DNA from: Alphaproteobacteria bacterium UBA1254
GTDB taxonomy: Bacteria; Pseudomonadota; Alphaproteobacteria; RF32; CAG-239
Length of the DNA stretch: 49,193 nt
Direction of reading: 5' to 3'
Assembly (NCBI GenBank): GCA_002308495.1
Contig: DBVW01000001.1
Span: 2,684 to 51,876, forward strand
Below the pieces are notes generated by a model. It ran no database searches. It saw only the letters and a list, made by a program, of their open reading frames with translations, and had not been told where the DNA came from. How positions within the stretch are numbered: position 1 is the stretch's first letter; every line of letters starts with the position of its first letter. Below, one piece after another: positions 36,197 through 48,062 of this stretch. A program made the translations under genes and the position numbers.

Positions 36197-37162
36197 ATGA
36201 AAAAATTAATTTTTGTTTTTTGCTTTTTGCTCTGTATGCCGTCTTTTGCCAAAGACGGTTCGTTGCCGGTTATGGATGAAGAAGATTTGAATTTTGATTT
36301 GAAAGAAGATGCGTTCGGTAATAAAATAGAAGTTGAAGATGATGAAGAAGAAAAGCCCGGAATTATTGAAATAGATACGTCTCGTTCTCTTTCGCAGAAT
36401 TTGAAAAAAAATTTACCGACCGAAGATATTAAATCGGAAGTTAAGGAAACAGTCGGATCTGCTCAGAATTGGGTTAAAAATTTGTTTAAGGGAACAAAAT
36501 CGCAATCCGAATCTATACAAAATTTATTGAGTGAAAGCCAAAAAAGGGCCAAAGCAAAGCGCTCTAATGCGGCGGTGTTTGATATTTCGGGGGTAATGCT
36601 GCAGATGAGTTATCAGCAGGCAGAAGAGCAGCTTTTGAAACGAGGTTATCGCAAACTGTCGCAAAAAATGGATATTCCGAATTTTATTCGTTGGCGCAAT
36701 GAAGAAAAATGTCGCAATCAAGGTGTTGTCGGCTATGAGCGTCTTGAAAACTGTGTGATCAGGTTGGCTCAGAAAGGCAATTATCAATACATTTCTCAAG
36801 CATCTTTTAATAAGTTTGATACAAAAGAGACGGTCAATATTTTTCTTTCTTCGACTTTTACAAATAACAAAATATATAAAATTACATATCGCAGCGAGGC
36901 TGCAAACAAAACCGGAAACAGCACTAAGGCGATTTATTTGCAACGTTTGAAGATTTTTGATTTTTGGAAAAAGATTAATCAAAAGTACGGCGTTCCTGAT
37001 AACAAAGAAGATGTCACTTGGGGACTGGGCGCGAATAAACCGTATCTGCAGGCACAAACAGGTCAGCTGAAATTGGAAGATCCTGTTTTGGAGCAGTTGG
37101 ATGTTAATCGGATGTCCCGTGAAGACCAAAAATTTATTCATTCGGATATTTATACTTTTTAG
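36197..37162 (+). CDS. secreted protein of unknown function
   Basis: Signal peptide MKKLIFVFCFLLCMPSFA, an acidic N-terminal region and no motif I recognise. Confidence 0.5.
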   Translation: MKKLIFVFCFLLCMPSFAKDGSLPVMDEEDLNFDLKEDAFGNKIEVEDDEEEKPGIIEIDTSRSLSQNLKKNLPTEDIKSEVKETVGSAQNWVKNLFKGTKSQSESIQNLLSESQKRAKAKRSNAAVFDISGVMLQMSYQQAEEQLLKRGYRKLSQKMDIPNFIRWRNEEKCRNQGVVGYERLENCVIRLAQKGNYQYISQASFNKFDTKETVNIFLSSTFTNNKIYKITYRSEAANKTGNSTKAIYLQRLKIFDFWKKINQKYGVPDNKEDVTWGLGANKPYLQAQTGQLKLEDPVLEQLDVNRMSREDQKFIHSDIYTF

Positions 37163-37174
37163 GGGTTTTGAGAG

Positions 37175-37789
37175 ATGACGGCGTTTTTACCGACAGAGAT
37201 TGCTGAACTTATTTGTACGCGTATCAGTCATGATTTAATCGGCAACATCGGGGCTCTTTCGAATGCGATGGAGTTGCTTGAAGATGATCCGTCAGATGTT
37301 GAAGATATTAAACCGCTTTTGGAAAGCAGTTCGCAAACACTTGCAGCCCGAATGAAGTTTTTCAGGCTTGCATTCGGTTTGAAAAATGCGGCACCCAAAG
37401 AAATAGGTGAAATGAATGCTATTGTTGATGCCTATCTTGCAACGCTCGGTAATCCAAAAACGCCGATTGTGATGAAGTCAAACGTTCAAAATGTTTCGCT
37501 TTATAAAATTGTGATGTTATCCGTGATGGCGCTTTCCGATGTTTTTGTGCGCGGCGGTGAAATCAGGGCAAACGAAACGGATGAGGGCTTAAGTTTTGAA
37601 GCGGTTTCTGATTTTGAGCTTTCACCGCTTAAGTTGGAAAATATGAAAAAAGCGATCGCCGGTACAATTAGCGAAGATAATCCGGCTTTGCTTGCGCCCG
37701 TTGTTTATCTTTCAAGCTTTTTGAACGAAGCAGGTGTGAAGCTTTCACTTCAATGTGAAGCGAACAAAGCTGTTTTAAGCGTGAAATAG
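37175..37789 (+). CDS. chpT: ChpT-like histidine phosphotransferase
   Basis: 204 aa. N-terminal LICTRISHDLIGNIGALSNAMELLEDD matches the ChpT H-box helix, and the C-terminal part is a degenerate HATPase-like domain by size. Confidence 0.7.
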   Translation: MTAFLPTEIAELICTRISHDLIGNIGALSNAMELLEDDPSDVEDIKPLLESSSQTLAARMKFFRLAFGLKNAAPKEIGEMNAIVDAYLATLGNPKTPIVMKSNVQNVSLYKIVMLSVMALSDVFVRGGEIRANETDEGLSFEAVSDFELSPLKLENMKKAIAGTISEDNPALLAPVVYLSSFLNEAGVKLSLQCEANKAVLSVK

Positions 37790-37794
37790 TTTAT

Positions 37795-38055
37795 TTATAT
37801 CTCTTCTATATTTTCAACGGCGATTTGGCATACATCTTGAGCGATGGTGGCAATACCGCCACTGATTTTCCATTTTTTGAAGATTTGATTGCTTTTATCT
37901 AATAAGGCAACCATACCTTCGGTTAAAAGCTGAGAACGGGGAGCTCGTTCGTGAATAATCGTCAGGTTGCCTTCCTTAACGGGCAAAAGCACTTTATCTG
38001 CAGATGTGTCAAGAAAAATCCTGTCGGGTAGATATATTTTTAATTCAATCGCCAT
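37795..38055 (-). CDS. atpC: F1 ATP synthase epsilon subunit, N-terminal beta-sandwich only
   Basis: 86 aa directly downstream of atpD. LPVKEGNLTIIHERAP matches the epsilon N-domain pattern. No C-terminal helical hairpin. Confidence 0.75.
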   Translation of the reverse strand: MAIELKIYLPDRIFLDTSADKVLLPVKEGNLTIIHERAPRSQLLTEGMVALLDKSNQIFKKWKISGGIATIAQDVCQIAVENIEEI

Positions 38056-38060
38056 TTATT

Positions 38061-40442
<2,382 letters not shown>

Positions 40443-40443
<1 letters not shown>

Positions 40444-41993
40444 TAAGCTGCCTCATCACTTTCTGCAAAGTTTGCCGAAAACTCATCAAAGAAAGATTTA
40501 AGCTTAATGTTTAATTCATCGCTTATTTCTTTGTTTTGAGCAAGTTCCCAGAGCAATTCTTTATGGTTTGTTTTTAGCTCGAGAAGTGCTTTTTGTTCAA
40601 AATTTTTAACATCTTTGACGGGGATTTTATCAAGGTAGCCGTTAACGCCAGCAAAAATAGAAACAACCTGATCCTCAACAGGCAAGGGGTGATATACGGG
40701 CTGTTTTAAAAGCTCGGTTAAGCGTGCGCCGCGTTCAAGAAGCTGTTTTGTTGAAGCATCAAGATCTGAAGCGAACTGGGCAAAAGCCACCATTTCACGA
40801 TATTGGGCCAAATCAAGTTTCATCGTTCCGGCAACTTGTTTCATTGCTTTGATTTGAGCCGCCGAGCCGACACGACTGACGGAAATACCGACGTTAACCG
40901 CCGGACGAATGCCTTGATAAAATAAGTTGTTTTCCAAAAAGATTTGTCCGTCCGTGATGGAAATGACATTGGTCGGAATGTAGGCGGACATGTCACCCGC
41001 CTGTGTTTCTATGACAGGTATGGCCGTTAATGAACCGCCGCCTTTTTCATCGCTTAATTTGGCCGCGCGTTCAAGCAACCTTGAGTGGAGATAAAAAACG
41101 TCACCCGGATATGCTTCACGTCCCGGCGGACGACGAATCAGTAATGACATTTGTCTGTAAGCAACGGCTTGTTTTGACAGGTCATCATAAAAGATAATGG
41201 CGTGCATGCCGTTGTCTCTGAAATATTCGCCCATTGCACAGCCGGAATATGGTGCAATGTATTGTAACGGAGCTGATTCGGAAGCTGTGGCGGCAACAAC
41301 GATGGTATAATCCATCGCGCCGTGATCTTTTAAGGTTTTAACAACTTGTGCAACGGTTGAACGTTTTTGACCGATTGAAACGTAAATACAATATAGTTTT
41401 TCTTTTTCGGATTTGGCGTTTTCATTGATGTATTTTTGGTTAATGATTGTATCTAAAATGATGGATGTTTTACCTGTTTGTCTGTCGCCGATGATGAGCT
41501 CTCTTTGTCCGCGTCCGATAGGTGTTAACGCATCAATGATTTTCAAGCCTGTTTGAACCGGTTCGCAAACACTTTTACGTTCAATAATACCGGGAGCTTT
41601 GATCTCGGCATTTGAAAATTGTTTGGCATGTATTTTGCCTTTGCCGTCAATCGGTTCGCCTAAAGCGTTGACAACACGTCCCAACAATTCTTTTCCGACG
41701 GGGACGCTGACGATTTTTCCGGTGCGTTTAACGATATCGCCCTCTTTAATGCCTTCATCTGAGCCGAAAACAACAACGGCAACGGTATTTTCTTCTAGGT
41801 TCAACGCCATTCCTTTAATGCCGGAAGAAAATTCAACCATTTCGTTTTCTTCAACATTGTCAAGGCCGTAAACTTGAGCAATGCCATCGCCGATAGAGAG
41901 AACATGACCGATTTCATTTAAATCGGTTTTTAAATCGTATTGTTCGATTTTTTCTTTTAATAATGAGGATATTTCATCAGCTTTAATTGCCAT
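40443..41993 (-). CDS. atpA: F1 ATP synthase alpha subunit
   Basis: GDRQTGKT Walker A; 516 aa. TAATG overlaps with atpH and atpG. Confidence 0.98.
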
Positions 41994-42544
41994 TATTTCA
42001 AACCTTTCATCAGTTTCTCAAGCGCGCTTAATTTAGATTTAAGCGAATCGTCAATTTGAATTGATTGATAATGTAAGATAAGACCGCCAAGTAAATTTTC
42101 ATTTAATTTATATGATAATATAACATCTTTTTTAAGCTTTTTCTCTAAACCGTCTTGGAGCTTTTTTTGCTGTGTTTGTGTGAGTTCTTGCGCCGTTTCG
42201 ACCAAGACTTTGATGAAACCTTCTTTTTCTAAGGCCATATCTTCAAACATATCAGCGATTTGAAGTATTAAATCAATATTTTTGTTTTCGGCAAGAATAT
42301 ATAGAAAATTGAGTGTCGTTTTGTTTAAATGAAGCTTTTTAGCTAAAAATTCGACCGTTTCCTTTTTTTGATTTTCCGTTAAAAGCGGGCTGTTTAATTG
42401 TTTTTGTAAGTCATTTTGCCGGAATGTTTCCCGTAAGCTTTCTAAATCTTTGCGTATGACTTCAAGATTATCTTGGCTTGAAGCGGTTTCAAAAAGCGCT
42501 TCGGTATAATTTTGAACACGTTTTGTAATGTCTTCTTTTTTCAT
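41993..42544 (-). CDS. atpH: F1 ATP synthase delta (OSCP) subunit
   Basis: 183 aa at the first position of atpHAGDC, with an OSCP-like C-terminus ([22 protein letters not shown]). Confidence 0.85.
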   Translation of the reverse strand: MKKEDITKRVQNYTEALFETASSQDNLEVIRKDLESLRETFRQNDLQKQLNSPLLTENQKKETVEFLAKKLHLNKTTLNFLYILAENKNIDLILQIADMFEDMALEKEGFIKVLVETAQELTQTQQKKLQDGLEKKLKKDVILSYKLNENLLGGLILHYQSIQIDDSLKSKLSALEKLMKGLK

Positions 42545-42557
42545 TTTTTACTCTTTT

Positions 42558-44732
42558 TTACATAAATGAATACGGATCAATATCTACTTCAAGCTTAATG
42601 TTTGAGGGCAGATTTAGGTCTTTAAGCCACATTTTGACAATGCTCTGTATATTTATAGTCTTTAATGTTTTCAAAAGCAAGCGGTATCTGAATTTTCCAC
42701 GCAACATATAAATAGGTGCGGGAGCCGGACCGAGCAGGGAAACGCCGTTGATATGCGGGGCGATTTTTGCAAGATGAAAAGCAACTTTTTCCAAGATTTG
42801 TTCGTTTGCAGAGCTGATAATCAAAGCGGCAAGCTTTCCGTAAGGCGGAAGATTAAGCTGTCGGCGCGTTTTTTTCTCAAGAGAGATAAATTGTTCGCGG
42901 TTTTGGGTAACAATCGCTTTTAGAACATTATTTTCAGGATAAAGCGTCTGCAAAAAAACCGTTCCTTTTTTCTCGGCACGTCCGGCACGACCCGAAACCT
43001 GAGATAAAAGTTGAAAAGTTTGTTCCTGAGCGCGTAAATCGCTTCCCATTAAACCCAAATCGGCATCGACAATTCCGACCAAAGTTAAGTTTGGAAAATG
43101 GTGTCCTTTGGCTAAAATTTGGGTGCCGATTAAAATATCGATTTCTTTGTTTTCCATTTTGGAAATAATGTCGGATATGCTCTTAAAAGATGAAGTTGTA
43201 TCGCTTGAAATAATTTCAACCTTTGCGAGCGGAAAACGAAATTTAACTTCTTCGGCAATACGCTCAACACCCGGACCGCAGGCCGTTAATCCATCTTGAG
43301 ATCCGCATTCGGGACAGGCATGCGGGGTTGGAATGGTATAGCCGCAGTGATGGCAAATCAGCTGCTTTTTGCTTCGATGTTCGGTCAGCCATGCCGAACA
43401 ATTCGGGCATTGAAGGCGTGTTCCGCAATCGCGACAAATCATCAGCGGCGCATAGCCTCTGCGGTTTAAAAACAGCATTGATTGCTCGCCTTTTTCAAAA
43501 TTTTCTTTTAATGCGTTGCATAAAGTCGGCGAAAGCCAAGATGTTCCAAAGTCGCCCTTTTGAGGTTTGTCTTTTTTTAAGTCTATGATTTTGATTTCTG
43601 GAAGTGTTGCGGCAGCGTAACGATTTTTTAGGGTGATTGTTTGGTATTTTCCTTCTTCAACATTGACAATCGTTTCTAAATCAGGCGTGGCGGTTGAAAG
43701 AACAATCGGAATATTTTCGCATTTTGCACGAACGACGGCCATATCACGCGCCTGATAATTGACCATATCTTCTTGTTTGAAGGTTTGATCGTGGCTTTCA
43801 TCAACAACGATTAAGCCTAAATTTTGATAGGGTAGGAAGAGGGCGCTTCTGGCTCCGACCAAAACTTTCGCGCGCCCTTCAACGACAGCCTGCCAAGTGT
43901 TGCGCCGTTGTGTTTGATTTAAGGCACTGTGCCATTGATAAGGTTTGACACCGAAACGTTTTTCAAAGCGTTCGAGCCATTGGGTTGTCAACGCAATTTC
44001 GGGGACCAAAATGAGAACTTGTTTGTCTTGTTTTAGAACATTTATGGCGGCTTCAAGATAAACTTCGGTTTTGCCCGAACCCGTGACACCGTCAAGAAGC
44101 GTTACGTTGAAACCGGCGCTTTGAGATTTGATTAAAAAGTCAGCCGCATTTTGCTGTTCGGGGGTGAGGGTTACTTCCGTTCCTTTAAATTCAAAAGTTT
44201 GAACAGGTTTCGGCTTTGTTATGGGCATCGGTTCTAAAATTTCAGCATCAATCAATGTTTTGATGACACTTTGAGACACACCCGTGCCTGCCATAATTTC
44301 GGCTTTGGAGTAAGGCGCATGTTTTAACAGATCAATCACATGCCAACGAGCATCGGAGTTTTTTAATTTTGCCTCGGCAAGCGTTTTTCCCGTCAGTTTA
44401 TATAAAATATGCATTTTTGGGTCATCAAAAGCACTTTTGGCGCACAACACCATTTTTAAGACCAAACCGAGCGGGGCAAGATTATATTTTGCGACCCATT
44501 CAATAAATTTGATTAAAGTCGGTTTGATGTGATAGGGCAGAATGGAGATGACGCTTTTGATTTTTTTCTCGTCTAAATCAGCTGTTTTTTCGGTTTTGAA
44601 GACAACACCGATTTCAACGCCTTTGCCGAAAGGCACGCGAACGATATCTCCGATTTTTGTTTCATCGGGAGCGCGGTAGTCAAACACATCGTTAAAGGGC
44701 AGGGGCAACATTACCCCGACAATTTTTACCAT
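42558..44732 (-). CDS. priA: primosomal replication-restart helicase PriA
   Basis: 724 aa with GVTGSGKTEVY Walker A, a DESH box and the Cys-rich Zn module CRDCG..CPNC..CHHCG..CPECG. Confidence 0.95.
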   Translation of the reverse strand: MVKIVGVMLPLPFNDVFDYRAPDETKIGDIVRVPFGKGVEIGVVFKTEKTADLDEKKIKSVISILPYHIKPTLIKFIEWVAKYNLAPLGLVLKMVLCAKSAFDDPKMHILYKLTGKTLAEAKLKNSDARWHVIDLLKHAPYSKAEIMAGTGVSQSVIKTLIDAEILEPMPITKPKPVQTFEFKGTEVTLTPEQQNAADFLIKSQSAGFNVTLLDGVTGSGKTEVYLEAAINVLKQDKQVLILVPEIALTTQWLERFEKRFGVKPYQWHSALNQTQRRNTWQAVVEGRAKVLVGARSALFLPYQNLGLIVVDESHDQTFKQEDMVNYQARDMAVVRAKCENIPIVLSTATPDLETIVNVEEGKYQTITLKNRYAAATLPEIKIIDLKKDKPQKGDFGTSWLSPTLCNALKENFEKGEQSMLFLNRRGYAPLMICRDCGTRLQCPNCSAWLTEHRSKKQLICHHCGYTIPTPHACPECGSQDGLTACGPGVERIAEEVKFRFPLAKVEIISSDTTSSFKSISDIISKMENKEIDILIGTQILAKGHHFPNLTLVGIVDADLGLMGSDLRAQEQTFQLLSQVSGRAGRAEKKGTVFLQTLYPENNVLKAIVTQNREQFISLEKKTRRQLNLPPYGKLAALIISSANEQILEKVAFHLAKIAPHINGVSLLGPAPAPIYMLRGKFRYRLLLKTLKTINIQSIVKMWLKDLNLPSNIKLEVDIDPYSFM

Positions 44733-44818
44733 ATCAATCCTTTTGTTAAAAGGATTATATGGCGGTCTTGATTGCTTTTCTATTAAAACAATGTGTTTCT
44801 CTACAAGATTTTTAAGTT

Positions 44819-44850
44819 ATAAAAAAGCCCCTTTGAGAAGGGGCTTAACA
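44819..44850 (-). terminator. rho-independent terminator after the YgiW-like gene
   Basis: The minus strand reads AAGCCCCT-loop-AGGGGCTT followed by TTTTT. Confidence 0.8.
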
Positions 44851-44852
44851 AA

Positions 44853-45245
44853 TTATTTTGCCATTTGAGGCGGTGTCATCATAACTTCGTCGACTTCGAC
44901 CATGTTGACATTGCCTTCACTGTCAACTTCGCCGATAATGGTTACGACATCTGTCGGGGAAACGCTGTTTCCGTTCCATGCATAACCGTCTATTTCAACC
45001 ATAATTTCGCCTGTGTTGTCGTTAAACAGGTATTTATTCTTTTTAACACGTTTTGAAATGTTGCCTTGAAGGGCAACCATTGATTCATCGGGCATTGATT
45101 GAACTGCTTGAACCGTTGAAACAGGCATTTGCGACGCATCTTGTTTGAAGCCGCCCATCATTTTTTTATGATTATCACCGGCAAAACTTTGTGCCGATAA
45201 GCCTAATGCTAATGCAAAAGCAAGAATTGGAAGTGTTTTTTTCAT
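44853..45245 (-). CDS. periplasmic OB-fold stress protein (YgiW/YdeI, BOF family)
   Basis: Signal peptide. LQGNISKRVKKNKYLFNDNTGEIMVEID matches the BOF-family core. Confidence 0.7.
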   Translation of the reverse strand: MKKTLPILAFALALGLSAQSFAGDNHKKMMGGFKQDASQMPVSTVQAVQSMPDESMVALQGNISKRVKKNKYLFNDNTGEIMVEIDGYAWNGNSVSPTDVVTIIGEVDSEGNVNMVEVDEVMMTPPQMAK

Positions 45246-45380
45246 ATTTTTCTCCTTTTAAAAAGTTAAATTGACCTTTTTGATATAATTGCGGTCAAAT
45301 TTATTTAAATAGAACTTTCAATTTAAAAAAGAGAGCTTATATCGCAGGTGTTGTTTAATGTTATTTTAAGGAGAAAATTT

Positions 45381-45941
45381 ATGGTTGAAGTTACAATCAC
45401 AAAAGACACACCGATGAAATATCGCTGTTGTGCGGGGTTTTGGCATGCCGTTGCGGGAGCGTTGATGATTTTAATCGGGTTTTTCTTAATGATTAATCCG
45501 GAGGTGAGTTTGTTTGCTTTGGCGCTTTATTTGGGTGCGGGACTGATTGTTGTTGGGGCAGGGTACGTAACCTCGTCTTTGGAAGCCGATAATGGTTGGT
45601 GGACTTTTGTCGGTATTTTGGATATTTTAATCGGCATTATTTTGATTTCGAACATGGGAATTACGGCGGCAAGTTTGCCGATTATATTTGCTATTTGGTG
45701 TTTGGCCGTCGGGGCGGCTCAAATCGTCAGCGCTTATAAATTCGGACGGCAAGATTTGCCGTGGGGCTGGAGCATGGCACTTGGTGTTTTAGGTGTTGTG
45801 TTCGGGTTTGTTATTATCGAATATCCGCTTATCGGGAGCATCGCCATCAGCACTTTAATGGGACTTTATATGATTTTTTACGGTGTGTTTGAAATAGGTG
45901 AATACCTTTATTTCAGAAAGTTGGAACATCCGAAAAATTAA
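45381..45941 (+). CDS. HdeD/DUF308-family membrane protein
   Basis: Start at the ATG at 45381 (SD AAGGAG). Six TM segments in a repeated G-rich pattern typical of DUF308. Confidence 0.6.
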   Translation: MVEVTITKDTPMKYRCCAGFWHAVAGALMILIGFFLMINPEVSLFALALYLGAGLIVVGAGYVTSSLEADNGWWTFVGILDILIGIILISNMGITAASLPIIFAIWCLAVGAAQIVSAYKFGRQDLPWGWSMALGVLGVVFGFVIIEYPLIGSIAISTLMGLYMIFYGVFEIGEYLYFRKLEHPKN

Positions 45942-45972
45942 AAAAAAGGACCTCGTTTGAGGTTCTTTTTTT
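45941..45972. terminator. bidirectional rho-independent terminator
   Basis: A8, GGACCTC-GTTT-GAGGTTC, T9. Confidence 0.8.
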
Positions 45973-46632
45973 TCAGATTAATACACATCCGTATAAAACG
46001 GCAAAAAAGTGCATGATTGTGCCGGCTAAAACAAAAAAGTGCCATATGGCGTGGGTGTATTTTTTCTTTTTCATGAGATAGAAAATAATGCCGCCGGTGT
46101 AGAACAGACCGCCTAAAATCAGGAAAATAAGGCCTAATCTGCTGATGTTATTAATCAAAGGCTTTGTCACAAAGATAATGAGCCAACCCATTAGCAGATA
46201 AAGCCCGATTGACCATATTTTTGTTCCGCTGCCGGATAAGGTCAGCTTTAGAATGGTGCCCAAGAGGGCTAAAAACCAGATAATGCCGAAAATAACCCAT
46301 CCGATTGTGCCGCGCAGGTTGACAAGCAAAAACGGTGTGTAAGATCCGGCAATTAAGTAATAAATTGAAATATGGTCGAATTTTTTTAAGATTTTTTTGG
46401 CATGCTGATTGGGAATGGCATGATAAATGGTTGAGGCCGTGTAAAGAATAATCATTGAACAGCCGAAAATAACAGTCGAAACGATGGTCCATGCGTTGCC
46501 GTAAACAGAAGAAAAGGCAGCCAAAATAACAAGGCCGGCAATGCTTAAAATGATTCCTAAGCCGTGAATCGAACAATTGCAAATTTCTTCGACAATCGTA
46601 TAAGGACGCTGGATGTTTGCGACATTTGCCAT
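45973..46632 (-). CDS. hemolysin III / PAQR-family channel protein
   Basis: Start at the ATG at 46632 (MANVANIQRPYTIVEEICNCSIHGLG). Seven TMs, HISIYYLIAGSYTP and a C-terminal HAIWHFFVL motif. Confidence 0.8.
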   Translation of the reverse strand: MANVANIQRPYTIVEEICNCSIHGLGIILSIAGLVILAAFSSVYGNAWTIVSTVIFGCSMIILYTASTIYHAIPNQHAKKILKKFDHISIYYLIAGSYTPFLLVNLRGTIGWVIFGIIWFLALLGTILKLTLSGSGTKIWSIGLYLLMGWLIIFVTKPLINNISRLGLIFLILGGLFYTGGIIFYLMKKKKYTHAIWHFFVLAGTIMHFFAVLYGCVLI

Positions 46633-46774
46633 AAGTTTTTCCTTTGAATGTTTCAATTGAAGAAAAATGTTAGCAAATTTTTTTTGAGATGTAAATGTTA
46701 AAAAAACTCTTGTGTTATTTAAAATTTTGTCATAATATTGTCCATAGATTTGTAAGTTTGTTAAATTATTATAC

Positions 46775-47011
46775 ATGCCTATGAAACCACATGATGTTGC
46801 TCGTCTGACGGAGATTTCCGTTAAGATGATGAGGGTTTGTCTGCCCTTCTTTATGATTTCGCTGATTGTCTATGCGATTTGCTCTTCACACGGGGCTCCT
46901 GAGCTGGCAATTCGCCTCTCGACCTGGGGTATCGGCATTTTCGGCGTGGGCTGTCTGCCGATGGTTATTCTGATTTTGATTTTCGGGATCGGATGGTTCA
47001 TTGAGAACTAG
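46775..47011 (+). CDS. 78-aa two-TM membrane protein, compositionally foreign (hypothetical)
   Basis: Two hydrophobic helices, followed by a strong terminator. No obvious SD, so coding status is uncertain. Confidence 0.4.
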   Translation: MPMKPHDVARLTEISVKMMRVCLPFFMISLIVYAICSSHGAPELAIRLSTWGIGIFGVGCLPMVILILIFGIGWFIEN

Positions 47012-47022
47012 AGAAAAAACAT

Positions 47023-47060
47023 AAAAGCGTGATGTCGGGGGACATCACGCTTTTGTGTTT
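47023..47060. terminator. bidirectional rho-independent terminator
   Basis: 14-bp perfect stem AAAAGCGTGATGTC-GGGG-GACATCACGCTTTT. Confidence 0.85.
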
Positions 47061-47068
47061 TTTGATAT

Positions 47069-47482
47069 TCAGGATTCACTGTCGAAGAGGGCGGCCTTAA
47101 CCGTCTCAAAATCGAGGCAGTGCGGCATACCGCGGCGAGCTTCCTGCTGTTGTTGTTTGCGCTCGGGGCCTTCCCAAATCCAAAGGTCCATGCCGTCAAC
47201 ACAAGACACATACTCGGAAGGATAAATCCTGCCGCCTAAGGCTTCTTTCAAAGCCATGGCGTGGTTTTTAGAGCCTGTAAAATAGCTCCAATCGAGGCTC
47301 AGGAGCTCAAAGTCGAGTCCATGACGTTTGGAGCCATAATAGACGACATCACGTTGAACGCAACCGCAATCTCCGACGCGAAAAAAGATGTTGTCTATGC
47401 GCTGGACAAAGCCGTGGCGCATCAAAGTCCGGCGAAGCTCGTCTAAGATCTCGGCCAGGATTTCTTTTCTTGATGCTGCCAT
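47069..47482 (-). CDS. cytoplasmic hypothetical protein (DUF4304/immunity-protein-like is only a guess), compositionally foreign
   Basis: ATG at 47482 with GGGGGAAG 8 nt upstream. 137 aa and GC-rich codons. Confidence 0.5.
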   Translation of the reverse strand: MAASRKEILAEILDELRRTLMRHGFVQRIDNIFFRVGDCGCVQRDVVYYGSKRHGLDFELLSLDWSYFTGSKNHAMALKEALGGRIYPSEYVSCVDGMDLWIWEGPERKQQQQEARRGMPHCLDFETVKAALFDSES

Positions 47483-47487
47483 GGCGT

Positions 47488-47943
47488 TCACTTCCCCCGC
47501 TGGAAGAGCTTTTCAGATTCCTTTTGCTCTTTCTTTTCTTTGATGCTGTAAACGGCCAGTCCGCCGATAAAGGCGATGAGACACGGGATTGCGTACCAGA
47601 TCGTCAGGTCGGGTAATTCCGCGTTGAAATAGCGGAAGGCGACCGATTTGGCGATTGTCTCGAGAGCCAAAAGACCCACGAAACCGAAGCACCCGAAGAC
47701 GCCGACGACGGCCCAGACAGCGTTGCGACCGGCTCTCTTCGAAAAATACTTCGCGTAACTGGCGCACATTTTGAAACACCCGAAGGCGAAAGCGAGGCCG
47801 ATGAGGCACATGATGGTTGCTACGATCCGGCTGTCAGAGAAATAAACCGCCTGAGGGATAGCAAAGAGAATAAGCGCGTTGAGCGCCCCAAGGCAGATCA
47901 GAGCGGCTTGCTCTTCTGCACATCTGTTTTTCCAACTTTTCAT
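47488..47943 (-). CDS. 4-TM membrane protein, compositionally foreign (hypothetical)
   Basis: 151 aa with four hydrophobic segments and a Lys/Glu-rich tail. Its stop is 5 nt upstream of the next gene's ATG, and the downstream gene's SD lies within its 3' end. Confidence 0.5.
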   Translation of the reverse strand: MKSWKNRCAEEQAALICLGALNALILFAIPQAVYFSDSRIVATIMCLIGLAFAFGCFKMCASYAKYFSKRAGRNAVWAVVGVFGCFGFVGLLALETIAKSVAFRYFNAELPDLTIWYAIPCLIAFIGGLAVYSIKEKKEQKESEKLFQRGK

Positions 47944-48026
47944 AATATAGATACAATAAGGGTTGATAATTCTTTTTCTACGCTATTTATATCATTTTTT
48001 CGTCTTTTTGTCAATAATAAAATTGA

Positions 48027-48054
48027 TTGACATGATTTTTTTGTTCTTTATACT
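48027..48054 (+). promoter_or_regulatory. near-consensus sigma70 promoter immediately upstream of the anmK-like ATG
   Basis: TTGACA (48027-48032), 16 nt, TATACT (48049-48054). The ATG lies at 48063. Confidence 0.55.
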
Positions 48055-48062
48055 TCTTTGTT

